Shown: in pieces, positions 31,676 to 40,472 of the stretch
How the letters are laid out: each line of letters begins with the position of its first letter
Numbering within the stretch: position 1 is the first letter of the stretch
Made by a program: the position numbers and the translations under genes
DNA from: Patescibacteria group bacterium
GTDB taxonomy: Bacteria; Patescibacteriota; Microgenomatia; Curtissbacterales; GWA2-41-24
Assembly: GCA_038063735.1 (NCBI GenBank)
Contig: JBBTUN010000004.1
Location: 190,921 to 254,920, forward strand
Length of the DNA stretch: 64,000 nucleotides
Direction: 5' to 3'
Notes under the pieces: model-generated
What the model saw: only the letters and a program-made list of their open reading frames with translations
What the model was told of the DNA's origin: nothing
Database searches by the model: none

Positions 31676-32973
31676 GTCTCGACAAAATAGTCTCTCTTGC
31701 CAAAAGACGCGGTTTTATTTATCCGGGGTCTGAAATTTACGGAGGCTTGGCCGGAACTTGGGATTATGGCCCGCTAGGTGTCGAGCTCAAAAACAACATC
31801 AAAAAAGCCTTTTGGAAATCTATGGTTTACGATCGCGATGATGTCGTTGGGCTTGACGCTGCGATACTCATGAACCCTAAAGTCTGGGAGGCATCCGGGC
31901 ACGTTGAAGCATTTGCAGATCCACTAATCGAATGCAAAATTTGCCATACCAGGATTCGCGCAGGCCAGCAGGAAGTTGTTGAGGATCACGAAAAAACACA
32001 TAAAGGCAAAAAAGTAGATTGGACCGAACCCAAACAGTTTAATCTGCTAGTTGAAGCAAAGCTCGGGGTTGTCGAAGAAAACAAGCAAAAAGTCTACCTT
32101 CGTGGGGAGATAACCCAGGGAGTCCACGTTAACTTTAAAAATGTCTTGGATTCATCCCGCACACGAATCCCTTTTGGTATAGCCCAGCTAGGGAAAGCTT
32201 TTAGGAATGAAATAACACCCGGAAACTTTACATTTAGGTCTCGTGAATTTGAACAAATGGAACTGCAGTTTTACATCAAACCCACTCCAACTGAATCCAA
32301 AAAATGGTACGAGTACTGGAAACAAGAAAGAATGAAATGGTACTTGTCGCTTGGCATGACAAAAGCAAATCTCCGTTTTCGTCAGCACGATGAAGATGAA
32401 CGTGCACACTACGCCCAGGACGCTTGGGACATTGAATACAATTCGCCTTTTGGCTGGAAGGAATTTGAAGGCATCCACCACCGCGGTGATTGGGACGTCC
32501 GCCGCCACCAGGAATATTCCGGAGTAGATATGACTTATTTTGATCAGGAGGCGAATGAAAAATTCTTGCCCTACATCATCGAAACTTCCGGCGGTGTCGA
32601 CCGTGCAACACTGTTTTTCTTAATCGACGCCTACCATGAAGAAGAAAAGCGCATTGTCCTAAAGCTTCACCCAAAACTGGCGCCGTACAAAGCTGCTGTT
32701 TTCCCGCTTCTTGCCAATAAACCCGAACTTGTCAAAAAGGCTAGAAATATCTACAGTGAACTATTAACTGTGAACAGTTTACTGCCTATTGCTTGGGACG
32801 ACCGAGGTAATATCGGCAAACGCTATTTTGCCCAGGATGAAATTGGTACCCCCGTCTGCATCACCGTCGACTTCCAAACACTGGAAGACGACACGGTTAC
32901 CATCCGTGACCGCGACACAGCAAAACAAAAAAGGGTGAAAGTTGCAGAAGTTAAAACAGAACTGATTGTATAA
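31672..32973 (+). CDS. glyQS: Glycine-tRNA ligase, homodimeric (alpha2) type
   Basis: KRRGF.YP.SEIYGG, GKAFRNEI, REFEQME, IIETSGGVDR, IGKRY..QDEIGTP. Confidence 0.95.
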   Translation: MSLDKIVSLAKRRGFIYPGSEIYGGLAGTWDYGPLGVELKNNIKKAFWKSMVYDRDDVVGLDAAILMNPKVWEASGHVEAFADPLIECKICHTRIRAGQQEVVEDHEKTHKGKKVDWTEPKQFNLLVEAKLGVVEENKQKVYLRGEITQGVHVNFKNVLDSSRTRIPFGIAQLGKAFRNEITPGNFTFRSREFEQMELQFYIKPTPTESKKWYEYWKQERMKWYLSLGMTKANLRFRQHDEDERAHYAQDAWDIEYNSPFGWKEFEGIHHRGDWDVRRHQEYSGVDMTYFDQEANEKFLPYIIETSGGVDRATLFFLIDAYHEEEKRIVLKLHPKLAPYKAAVFPLLANKPELVKKARNIYSELLTVNSLLPIAWDDRGNIGKRYFAQDEIGTPVCITVDFQTLEDDTVTIRDRDTAKQKRVKVAEVKTELIV

Positions 32974-32976
32974 AAG

Positions 32977-33474
32977 TTATTTAGTTACTGAAGAAAAGGC
33001 AACCAACTTAGAGCCACCCGGAATTTCAATCTTAGTGCCTTTAACTGCCTTATTATATGTATCCTCATCTGTTTGATAAGTACTCGTACCACAAGACTGT
33101 ACAGAAGTATCCGCATCTGCTAAAACAAGCTCGCAATTGTCTATCATCACAAAATATCTTTTATTCTGAATAAAGCTGGTATTGTCGACTGGGCATGCCT
33201 CAGTATGATCACATATAACAGGGTTTGTTCGCTGGTCTATACCCGCTTGTGCACCTCTATTTATTACGAGGCCGCTTATAGTTTCTTCACCGTCGACAGT
33301 ATCAACCGCAAAATCAATAGTATTACGTCCTAAATATGTCGCATAAGCAAGCGCACCGACCGTGGCGGTAGGAAACACCAGCCATCGCCAGTATTTCTTA
33401 CCCAAGTTTACGGCACCGGTACGGAAACCAGATTTTTCGGCTGATCCTGTGGGGTTGTCTTCGTGGCTAGTCAT
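32977..33474 (-). CDS. Hypothetical membrane-anchored protein with four extracytoplasmic cysteines
   Basis: TM segment WLVFPTATVGALAYATYL. ATG 33474 preferred because the upstream TTG is part of a -35 box. Confidence 0.7.
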   Translation of the reverse strand: MTSHEDNPTGSAEKSGFRTGAVNLGKKYWRWLVFPTATVGALAYATYLGRNTIDFAVDTVDGEETISGLVINRGAQAGIDQRTNPVICDHTEACPVDNTSFIQNKRYFVMIDNCELVLADADTSVQSCGTSTYQTDEDTYNKAVKGTKIEIPGGSKLVAFSSVTK

Positions 33475-33483
33475 AGTTGGCGA

Positions 33484-33513
33484 ATAGTACCATCTTTTAA
33501 TTTTAGCTGTCAA
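33484..33513 (-). promoter_or_regulatory. Sigma70 promoter (TTGACA-18-TACTAT, extended -10)
   Basis: Minus strand: TTGACA gctaaaattaaaagatgg TACTAT, 9 nt before ATG. Confidence 0.7.
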
Positions 33514-33524
33514 CTATAGGTTCC

Positions 33525-33553
33525 TTGACTAAACAAACGCAAAACGCCATACT
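33525..33553 (+). promoter_or_regulatory. Sigma70 promoter for purF-like gene (TTGACT-17-CATACT)
   Basis: Read directly; back-to-back with the leftward promoter. Confidence 0.7.
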
Positions 33554-33573
33554 TATAAGAAGGAAATCCCCTT

Positions 33574-35178
33574 GTGCAAGAACCTGATGGTCTAGAATTT
33601 CCGGATAAACCTTACGATCATTGCGGCTTAGCAGGCGCTGTTGTAAAAAGCGGTCTTAATGCCACAAATATTGCTGTAGAGATGGGCAAAGCTCTCCAGC
33701 ACAGAGGCCAAAACGGCGGGGGAGTTGCCGTAAAAGGTAAAGGCAAGCTCCTAAAAGTTTATAAAAAAGCCAAAGCATTCAACGAAATTTTCAACTCGGT
33801 TGAAGTCGTAGAAGACCATTCACTGCGCGGAGAAATTGCCATTGCCCATCTTAGATATCCAACAGAAGGCTCAAGCCGCCAAAATTGTGACGCACAGCCG
33901 TTTTATGCTTCTTATGGCGGCTGGGAAATTGCTCTTGGCCACAACGGCAGCACAGTTGACGTTAAAAAACACAGGAGGAAGCTTCTTAAATATAATATTA
34001 AAACAGAATCGGATTCAGACTCGGAAATTCTGGCTTGGCTCATCGTTACATCACCTGGTGCAACATGGAAACAAAAAATTTCAGCGGCTCTTGCAGATGT
34101 AAAAGGAGCTTATTCGCTTATTATGGTCACAAACGACGACAAGCTTCTTGCGCTTCGCGACCCATGGGGAATTCGTCCGCTGGTCTGGAGCCAGGACAAT
34201 GGCCACATATTTGTCGCTTCCGAAACCTGCGCTCTGGACAGAATCAATGTTAGGCACAGTCAAAAACTGGAAGCAGGAAAATTGTTGGTCGCAGATAAAG
34301 ACGGTGTCTCAATCTCCGACTGGGCAAAACCTCAAAAGCAAAGTTTTTGTGTTTTTGAAAAGCTATATTTTTCTCACGAAACTTCGTCCTGGGATGGTGT
34401 TATTGGCCAAAATAGGGACAGCCTCGGAGAACAGCTAGCAAAACAAGAAATTGCCTTATACAAATCTGGCAAGATTAAAAAAGAAACCCTAGAAAAAATA
34501 GACTACGTAGTTGCGGTACCAGATACCGCAAGGCCTGGAGCCTTCGCCTTTTACCAGGCGTTAAAAGCAGAACTGCCCGTTATAACCAAATTTAAATACT
34601 TTAGAGGTTTAGTAAAAGAGCGATACGATTATGCAAAAAGAACTTTTATCGAAGACGATCCATATTTAAGAACAAAACATATAGAAAAGAAATTCTTCGT
34701 CTCGCCGGCAATTATAGGTAAATCTATCTACCTGATAGACGACACCGCGGTACGTCTAAACACTTATAAAATCTTGGTTGAGCATTTGCTTAAAATTGGC
34801 GTTCGTGAAATTCACTGCCGTTTTTTAGCGCCAAAGTTTATAAACCCTTGCTTTTTAGGGGTTAATATCGGCTCCCGAGACGAACTTGGAGCGGTCACCA
34901 AAGATAAAGACGGAAACTACAGCGTTCTAACAGAGGACGAGATTAAGAAGATTCTTAAAGTTGAATCTGTCCACTACCTCTCTATGGAAGGCTTGGCGCT
35001 CTCACTTGGTCTTACAAAAGACAAGCTGCAAAAAACCCACTGCACAGGTTGCCTGGATTACAATAATCCGTTTGATATGAGGCCATACGACAGCGAATTC
35101 AAAAAAACTCCTTACGCGAAAGTTACTCCCTCAAAATCTCTTCCAACATACACGCAAGTACAAACACACTTCGGATGA
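33574..35178 (+). CDS. purF: Amidophosphoribosyltransferase-like (Ntn glutaminase + PRTase, Fe-S type)
   Basis: Propeptide then CG, ALQHRGQ, HLRY.T.G, HNG, RDPWGIRPL, ASETCAL, C.FE..YF, VPDT, PC.LG, C.GC. Confidence 0.85.
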   Translation: MQEPDGLEFPDKPYDHCGLAGAVVKSGLNATNIAVEMGKALQHRGQNGGGVAVKGKGKLLKVYKKAKAFNEIFNSVEVVEDHSLRGEIAIAHLRYPTEGSSRQNCDAQPFYASYGGWEIALGHNGSTVDVKKHRRKLLKYNIKTESDSDSEILAWLIVTSPGATWKQKISAALADVKGAYSLIMVTNDDKLLALRDPWGIRPLVWSQDNGHIFVASETCALDRINVRHSQKLEAGKLLVADKDGVSISDWAKPQKQSFCVFEKLYFSHETSSWDGVIGQNRDSLGEQLAKQEIALYKSGKIKKETLEKIDYVVAVPDTARPGAFAFYQALKAELPVITKFKYFRGLVKERYDYAKRTFIEDDPYLRTKHIEKKFFVSPAIIGKSIYLIDDTAVRLNTYKILVEHLLKIGVREIHCRFLAPKFINPCFLGVNIGSRDELGAVTKDKDGNYSVLTEDEIKKILKVESVHYLSMEGLALSLGLTKDKLQKTHCTGCLDYNNPFDMRPYDSEFKKTPYAKVTPSKSLPTYTQVQTHFG

Positions 35179-35264
35179 CGCTCAAAAAGATTCTAATGCT
35201 AATTGCGGCCGCTTTTACGCTCCTGGTCGCTCTTTCATTGTTAATTTTTAAGATTACCTTCTAA
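35175..35264 (+). CDS. Putative 29-aa single-pass membrane microprotein
   Basis: ATGA overlap with purF stop; MTLKKILMLIAAAFTLLVALSLLIFKITF*. Confidence 0.5.
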   Translation: MTLKKILMLIAAAFTLLVALSLLIFKITF

Positions 35265-35292
35265 GACCTACCGAAATATAAGTATTTCCCCC

Positions 35293-35349
35293 TTGACACG
35301 AATTCAAAAATGGTGAAAAATGGTAATAGATGGTGATAAATGGTGAAAA
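35293..35349 (+). promoter_or_regulatory. dcw promoter with four 10-bp-period MraZ-type boxes (ATGGT(G/A)A)
   Basis: TTGACA at 35293 followed by atggtgaaaa atggtaatag atggtgataa atggtgaaaa, directly upstream of mraZ. Confidence 0.85.
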
Positions 35350-35415
35350 CCAAACCATCAATAACTCCTGAAAATTAGGCTGTCCGGGGGTAAAAGTTAA
35401 GGTTGTAAGGGTTAA

Positions 35416-35817
35416 ATGTTTCTGGGCAGCTACATACCTTCGTTTGATCTAAATACTAGAAGGATCGCTTTACCAAAAAAAATACGTGACTATCTTGCGA
35501 CAAGTGAAGTTATTCTGTCTTTCGGCTTCGAAAAATGCATCTTTGGCTTTGATGTCAGGGCATGGGAAGAAGAAGCTAAAAAACAGCTTGATTTGCCTCT
35601 TACCGAAAGATATCGACGAGATATACGGCGCTTTATTTTTTCAAGCGCAGCCGCTATCAAATTCGATGATCAAGGTAGGTTTGTTATTCCTGTTAATTAC
35701 TTGGAATACGCGGATATTAAAAAGCCAATAGTAATTGGTGCTGGCGACCATTTTGAGATTTGGGACGAAAAGAATTGGAAAGAACAACTGTCAGGGATTG
35801 AAAAGGGGCAAACATGA
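35416..35817 (+). CDS. mraZ: Transcriptional regulator MraZ
   Basis: MFLG.Y, RIALP, DDQGRFVIP, IG.GDHFEIW. Confidence 0.93.
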   Translation: MFLGSYIPSFDLNTRRIALPKKIRDYLATSEVILSFGFEKCIFGFDVRAWEEEAKKQLDLPLTERYRRDIRRFIFSSAAAIKFDDQGRFVIPVNYLEYADIKKPIVIGAGDHFEIWDEKNWKEQLSGIEKGQT

Positions 35818-36683
35818 GTCGGTTTCACGATAGTGTACTAAAAGATGAGGCAATAGATTTACTGAATGTTGTACCTGGTAAGAAGTATATAGACGCAACA
35901 GCAGGAGGCGGAGGACACACGGAAGAAATGGTCAAAAGAGGGGGAATTGTATTAGCAATCGATAGGGACCAGGAGGCGGCAGAGGTTTTAAGGAAAAAGA
36001 ACTTTAAGGGGGTAGTTGTAGTAAAAGATAATTTTTCGCGTATTTCGGAACTTGCGCAGAAATACGATTTCGAAAAAGTAAGCGGAATCCTGTTCGACCT
36101 TGGTGTCTCATCGCATCAGCTAGATGATCCAAAAAGGGGATTTAGCTTTCAAAAAGAGGGGCCTTTGGATATGCGAATGGACGCTGATTCAAACATAAAG
36201 GCAACAGATATTATTAATAATTTTGAAAAAAGGAGGTTAAATGAAATCTTTCAAACTTATGGTCAGGAGAAGTTTAGTTTGGCAATTGCTGACGCTATTT
36301 GTAGCGCCCGTCAGATAAGACCATTCATAACTACGCTGGATCTGGCAAATATTGTAAGCGAGGTGTACCGGAAAAAAAGAATGAGGACCAAGTTGCATCC
36401 GGCAACGAAGGTTTTTCAGGCGCTGAGAATTGTAATAAACAGCGAACTATTAAATTTGGAAGAAGCGCTCGCGCAGACTGAACCATTACTGGAAACAAAT
36501 GGCCGGTTGGTAATAATAAGCTTTCATTCTCTTGAGGATGCAATAGTCAAACGATTCCTCAAGGAAAGTAACTGCTTAAAACCATTAAGCAGATTACCAA
36601 TCGGCCCGGGTGCGGAGGAGGTGCAGAAAAACCCGAGATCTAGAAGTGCAAAGATGCGAGCGGCCGTAAAGATAATTAATTAA
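35814..36683 (+). CDS. rsmH: 16S rRNA m4C1402 methyltransferase
   Basis: DAT.GGGGH, DLGVSSHQLD, RGFSF, PLDMRMD, FQALRI, ISFHSLED, NPRSRSAKMR. Confidence 0.96.
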   Translation: MSRFHDSVLKDEAIDLLNVVPGKKYIDATAGGGGHTEEMVKRGGIVLAIDRDQEAAEVLRKKNFKGVVVVKDNFSRISELAQKYDFEKVSGILFDLGVSSHQLDDPKRGFSFQKEGPLDMRMDADSNIKATDIINNFEKRRLNEIFQTYGQEKFSLAIADAICSARQIRPFITTLDLANIVSEVYRKKRMRTKLHPATKVFQALRIVINSELLNLEEALAQTEPLLETNGRLVIISFHSLEDAIVKRFLKESNCLKPLSRLPIGPGAEEVQKNPRSRSAKMRAAVKIIN

Positions 36684-36721
36684 AGATTGAGTGTCTAAGC
36701 TCTAGTAGCCAACAAACAAAC

Positions 36722-37039
36722 ATGATATCAGATTATAAAATTAAAAACAGGCAAAGCAAGCAAAAGATATTCGCTTTGTTTTCCGGAGAAATAAAACTAA
36801 AAATTATTTTTTTGGCCGGCCTTGTTATTACAAGCTTGTTTTTTACTCAACTCGTTTTTGCAAATAGCTTGGCAACAGGCGGCCAAAAGCTATCCGAAGT
36901 CCAGGAAGAGATAAAGAGGTTGGATAGAGAGAATATGACGCTGCGGGCCGATATTGCCAGCCAGTCATCTCTTACCAACCTTGTAAAGAAATCTGAACAA
37001 CTGGGGTTTAAAAAACCGCTCAAGATAACTATCTTGTAA
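36722..37039 (+). CDS. ftsL: FtsL-like cell division protein
   Basis: Lies between rsmH and the PBP; TM plus coiled coil ending in QLGF. Confidence 0.75.
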   Translation: MISDYKIKNRQSKQKIFALFSGEIKLKIIFLAGLVITSLFFTQLVFANSLATGGQKLSEVQEEIKRLDRENMTLRADIASQSSLTNLVKKSEQLGFKKPLKITIL

Positions 37040-37079
37040 TAAATTACTCTTAGATACCTCCTTCTGATAAACTTGAGAA

Positions 37080-38825
37080 ATGGACAGAATTAGAATTTTT
37101 CAAGTAAGTATTTATTTTTTAGCCTTCTGTATTCTTGCCAGACTCTTCTACTGGCAATTCATTTCGAGTGTATCCTCAAGTTCGGATTCCTTCTCGCAGG
37201 AAATCAAATTACCCGCGGCACGCGGTGAGATTTACACCTCAGACGATTTTCCGCTTGTGGCAAATCAGGAAGCGTTTATTTTATATGCAAAACCCAACGA
37301 AATTTCCCAAGATCCCCGAAAGGTAGCAAAAACTGTTGCACCCTTTTTAATCTCGGAAAAATATTCTACAAGTGAAGCAAAATTAACTGAAGACGAGCAG
37401 AAACAAAAAGATACTGAGACAGAAAATAAAGAGAATGAAATCGCACAAAAAATATCCAATAAAAAATTATTCTGGGTACAGCTTGCCAGGAAAGTGAGCC
37501 TGCTTACAAAGAAGAAAATTGATGAATTTAATATAAAAGGGCTGGGTTTTGACCAGGACTCCAAGCGATTTTACCCGGAAGCCTCGATGTCGGCGCATCT
37601 TTTGGGGTTTGTAGGATCAAACGAAGATGGAGACGATACAGGCTATTTTGGCCTGGAAGGGTACTACAATAACCAGCTAAAAGGGAAAAACGGTCGAATA
37701 GGCCAGGTCAAAGACCCCTTTGGATTCCCTATACTTGTCGGCAAATATAGGCCTCTCGAGCCCAAAAAAGGAAGCTCGCTATACCTTTCAATCGATAGGG
37801 CAGCTCAGTTCATTGTTGAGGAGAAGCTAAGACAAGCGGTGGACAAATACGGCGCCAAAGAAGGCACTGTAATTGTTGCCGACCCGTCAAGTGGCAATAT
37901 AATTGCAATGGCTTCATATCCGACCTATAATCCTTCAATCTTTGGGGAATTTTCCGAAGATTATTTCAAAAATCCGTCGGTAGCAGATACGTACGAGCCC
38001 GGTTCAACTTTTAAGCTTGTAACCATGGCTGCGGCTCTGGATCTGTCACTTGTTACCCCAAATACAGTTTGTGATGTTTGCCAGGGTCCAAGAAAGATTG
38101 GAGGTTATGAGATATCAACTTGGAATAATAAATACTATCCAAATTCAACTATGACAGAAGTTATACAACATTCTGACAATATCGGTATGACTTTTGTTTC
38201 CGAAAAGCTCGGCGTTGATAGATTCTATGACTATATTGATAAATTTGGATTTGGAAAAACGACCGGTTTAGACTTGCAGGAAGAAGCATCAGGTTTTATT
38301 AGACAAAAAGATGATTGGAAGCCTATTGATCTGGCAACGGCTTCTTTTGGGCAGGGACTTGCAGTTACCCCGATTCAAATGGTTCAGGCGGTGCAGGCTA
38401 TTGCCAACAACGGGGTTGCAGTAACACCCAAAATAGTTCAAAAAATAAAATCACAAGGTACTCAGGAGATAGTAAAACCCGGTGGAAAACACCGTGTTAT
38501 TTCGCCAAAAACGGCAGCTCAATTAACAGAAATGATGGTCAACGCTGTCGATCAGGGAGAAGCAAAGGCCTTTGTGCCTAAGGGTTACAGAATAGCCGGT
38601 AAAACAGGAACGGCTCAAATACCTGTTGCGGGCCATTACGACCCAAACAAAACTATCGCCAGCTTTATTGGCTTTGCGCCGGCCAATAAACCCAAGTTTG
38701 TGATGCTTGTGCGCTTTCGTGAACCGTCGTCATCTGTTTTCGGGTCCGAAACTGCAGCACCGACTTTTTTTTCCATTGCGAAAGACTTATTTGGATATTG
38801 GGGTATATCACCGGAGGGTAAATGA
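37080..38825 (+). CDS. ftsI: Class B penicillin-binding protein (FtsI/PBP2b)
   Basis: RG.IY, RFYP, GLEGYY, EPGSTFK (SxxK), SDN (SxN), KTGTAQ. Confidence 0.93.
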   Translation: MDRIRIFQVSIYFLAFCILARLFYWQFISSVSSSSDSFSQEIKLPAARGEIYTSDDFPLVANQEAFILYAKPNEISQDPRKVAKTVAPFLISEKYSTSEAKLTEDEQKQKDTETENKENEIAQKISNKKLFWVQLARKVSLLTKKKIDEFNIKGLGFDQDSKRFYPEASMSAHLLGFVGSNEDGDDTGYFGLEGYYNNQLKGKNGRIGQVKDPFGFPILVGKYRPLEPKKGSSLYLSIDRAAQFIVEEKLRQAVDKYGAKEGTVIVADPSSGNIIAMASYPTYNPSIFGEFSEDYFKNPSVADTYEPGSTFKLVTMAAALDLSLVTPNTVCDVCQGPRKIGGYEISTWNNKYYPNSTMTEVIQHSDNIGMTFVSEKLGVDRFYDYIDKFGFGKTTGLDLQEEASGFIRQKDDWKPIDLATASFGQGLAVTPIQMVQAVQAIANNGVAVTPKIVQKIKSQGTQEIVKPGGKHRVISPKTAAQLTEMMVNAVDQGEAKAFVPKGYRIAGKTGTAQIPVAGHYDPNKTIASFIGFAPANKPKFVMLVRFREPSSSVFGSETAAPTFFSIAKDLFGYWGISPEGK

Positions 38826-38843
38826 TATACTGTGTATACTAAA

Positions 38844-39149
38844 ATGGATAATTTCATAATAAGTACATTCCTTTCACCAGCGACTAGTCAAACATATTTA
38901 GTGCAGATAATATTTTTCGTTATTTTTGCCTGGTCAATAATCTGGAAAGGCTCTGCTCTTTATCATGCTGCCAGAAATGAGGATAAGTTATGGTTTGTAG
39001 CTATCATTTTAGTAAACACTTTAGGCCTCTTGGAAATTGCCTATCTTTTTTATCTTTCCAAAAACAAAATAACCCTGGAAGACTTTCGAGGCTATCTGGC
39101 AACAGCCAACAAACTAAAAGCGAAGAAAATTAAACAAGTACAAAAATAA
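38844..39149 (+). CDS. DUF5652-family membrane protein
   Basis: WKG.AL.HAARN....WF...L.NTLG.LEI.Y motif; alternative GTG start at 38832. Confidence 0.75.
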   Translation: MDNFIISTFLSPATSQTYLVQIIFFVIFAWSIIWKGSALYHAARNEDKLWFVAIILVNTLGLLEIAYLFYLSKNKITLEDFRGYLATANKLKAKKIKQVQK

Positions 39150-39199
39150 GTAACTTGGCAGTCAGGTACTCCTAAGTGCCAGGCACTCATAAGTCGATT

Positions 39200-39686
39200 T
39201 TACCCCTCTGCAGACACCCCTTCGACCACTTCTGTTGCCTCCGGTGCGCCGTGAACCATGATTTCAAAGTTAATTCGCCTTATTTGATCCAAGTTACTTC
39301 CTAGCTCCGTATTTATCCTTTTTAATTTGTCCGGGTCAGCCGCTAAACACCCTGCTACAAAGTCACGAGACATATCAACAACCGCGTTTAACATCCTATC
39401 GGCCAAGTGGATGCTTGCGGCCAATTAAACCGTCTACCATCTGTACCAAATGTTCCTCTCTTGCACGAAGCCTCTGGTTGTTATCACAACTGATCCATTC
39501 GTATACTTGCCTTTGCCTATCGTTGGCTGGTCTTTGTAAAAAATTCTTCGCATCCTGGCTTATCATCAATCTGGCAATAATGCTTTTTGCTGCATCTCGC
39601 TGCGCAGTTTGCAAAGGGTCATGCGGATCTTGCAATCCGTCATGATTTGGCCCTATCCACAAACCATAACGGCCTCTTCTCCACAT
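39200..39686 (-). pseudogene. Probable frameshifted hypothetical gene (two overlapping ORFs)
   Basis: ORFs 39396-39740 and 39200-39424 overlap at ggtttaattggcc; removing one base joins them. Confidence 0.35.
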
Positions 39687-39896
39687 CTTTTGAGCGGGTT
39701 TTAAATAATAGCTTGGTGGAGGTAAATATACTGCAAACAAAGGAAAACGCTTATCTTCTTTTGTTTTGGCACGTGGTATTTCAATTGTGCCTATTATAAC
39801 TCAAATTTTTAGACAAATAAAGCCTATAGAATTTGTAATAAGTGTAAAAATATGCTAAAATTGCCTCAATTCCGCAATGCGGGATTTTCTTTTGAG

Positions 39897-40451
39897 ATGA
39901 TAAAAGAAATAGTCTTTTCAACACTTGCCGCGACGGGCATAATTGCCTCAGGTGCCTGTGGTGGTAATGCCGCCCAAAACTCGGAAAGAACCCCAATATC
40001 AGGTACGACAAATATTAACGGTAAAAACTTGCCCGTTTATCCTAGTTTGGCAGGGAAAAGTGCCGTGCCTTTTATAGAAAAAAATGAGGATTTTAAGCGG
40101 AAAGCTCTGGAGAAACTAAGCCCGGCCTTCAATTTATTAATAGGTTGTCAGGACACAAGAGCAAGAGATGTGGCAGATTATTTTAATCAGCTTATCCAAG
40201 AGCTAAAAGTCGTAATCACGAGCCAGGATTCAGAAAGCATTGTATTTGCAGCTTTCGTAAAAAGCGGAAATGTTTCCCATCCAAGAATCACTATTTCAGA
40301 CTCGCTGCTAAATGGCGATCAGGATATAGGCGAACTTTCAGGCCAGATATACCAAGCCGTTATTACCTACCAATCAATGGTAGACGGCAAACGGCCTCCA
40401 TCACCAGGCACAGGTAGTGCCACAATTCGAGATGCTAACTGCCTAGTTTAA
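39897..40451 (+). CDS. Putative lipoprotein/exported protein
   Basis: MIKEIVFSTLAATGIIASGA-C lipobox-like signal; extended -10 TGcTAAAAT upstream (alternative start 39852). Confidence 0.65.
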   Translation: MIKEIVFSTLAATGIIASGACGGNAAQNSERTPISGTTNINGKNLPVYPSLAGKSAVPFIEKNEDFKRKALEKLSPAFNLLIGCQDTRARDVADYFNQLIQELKVVITSQDSESIVFAAFVKSGNVSHPRITISDSLLNGDQDIGELSGQIYQAVITYQSMVDGKRPPSPGTGSATIRDANCLV

Positions 40452-40472
40452 AGTAAAAGGTATAATTTACAC

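Noticed and set aside
35310-35349. Possible CRISPR or iteron array
   Set aside because: 10-bp period with no spacers, directly upstream of mraZ; explained as MraZ boxes.
39852-39900. Type IV prepilin cleavage motif (AGFSFE)
   Set aside because: Glu is at +4 rather than +5, there is no hydrophobic run after it, and the likely start is 39897.
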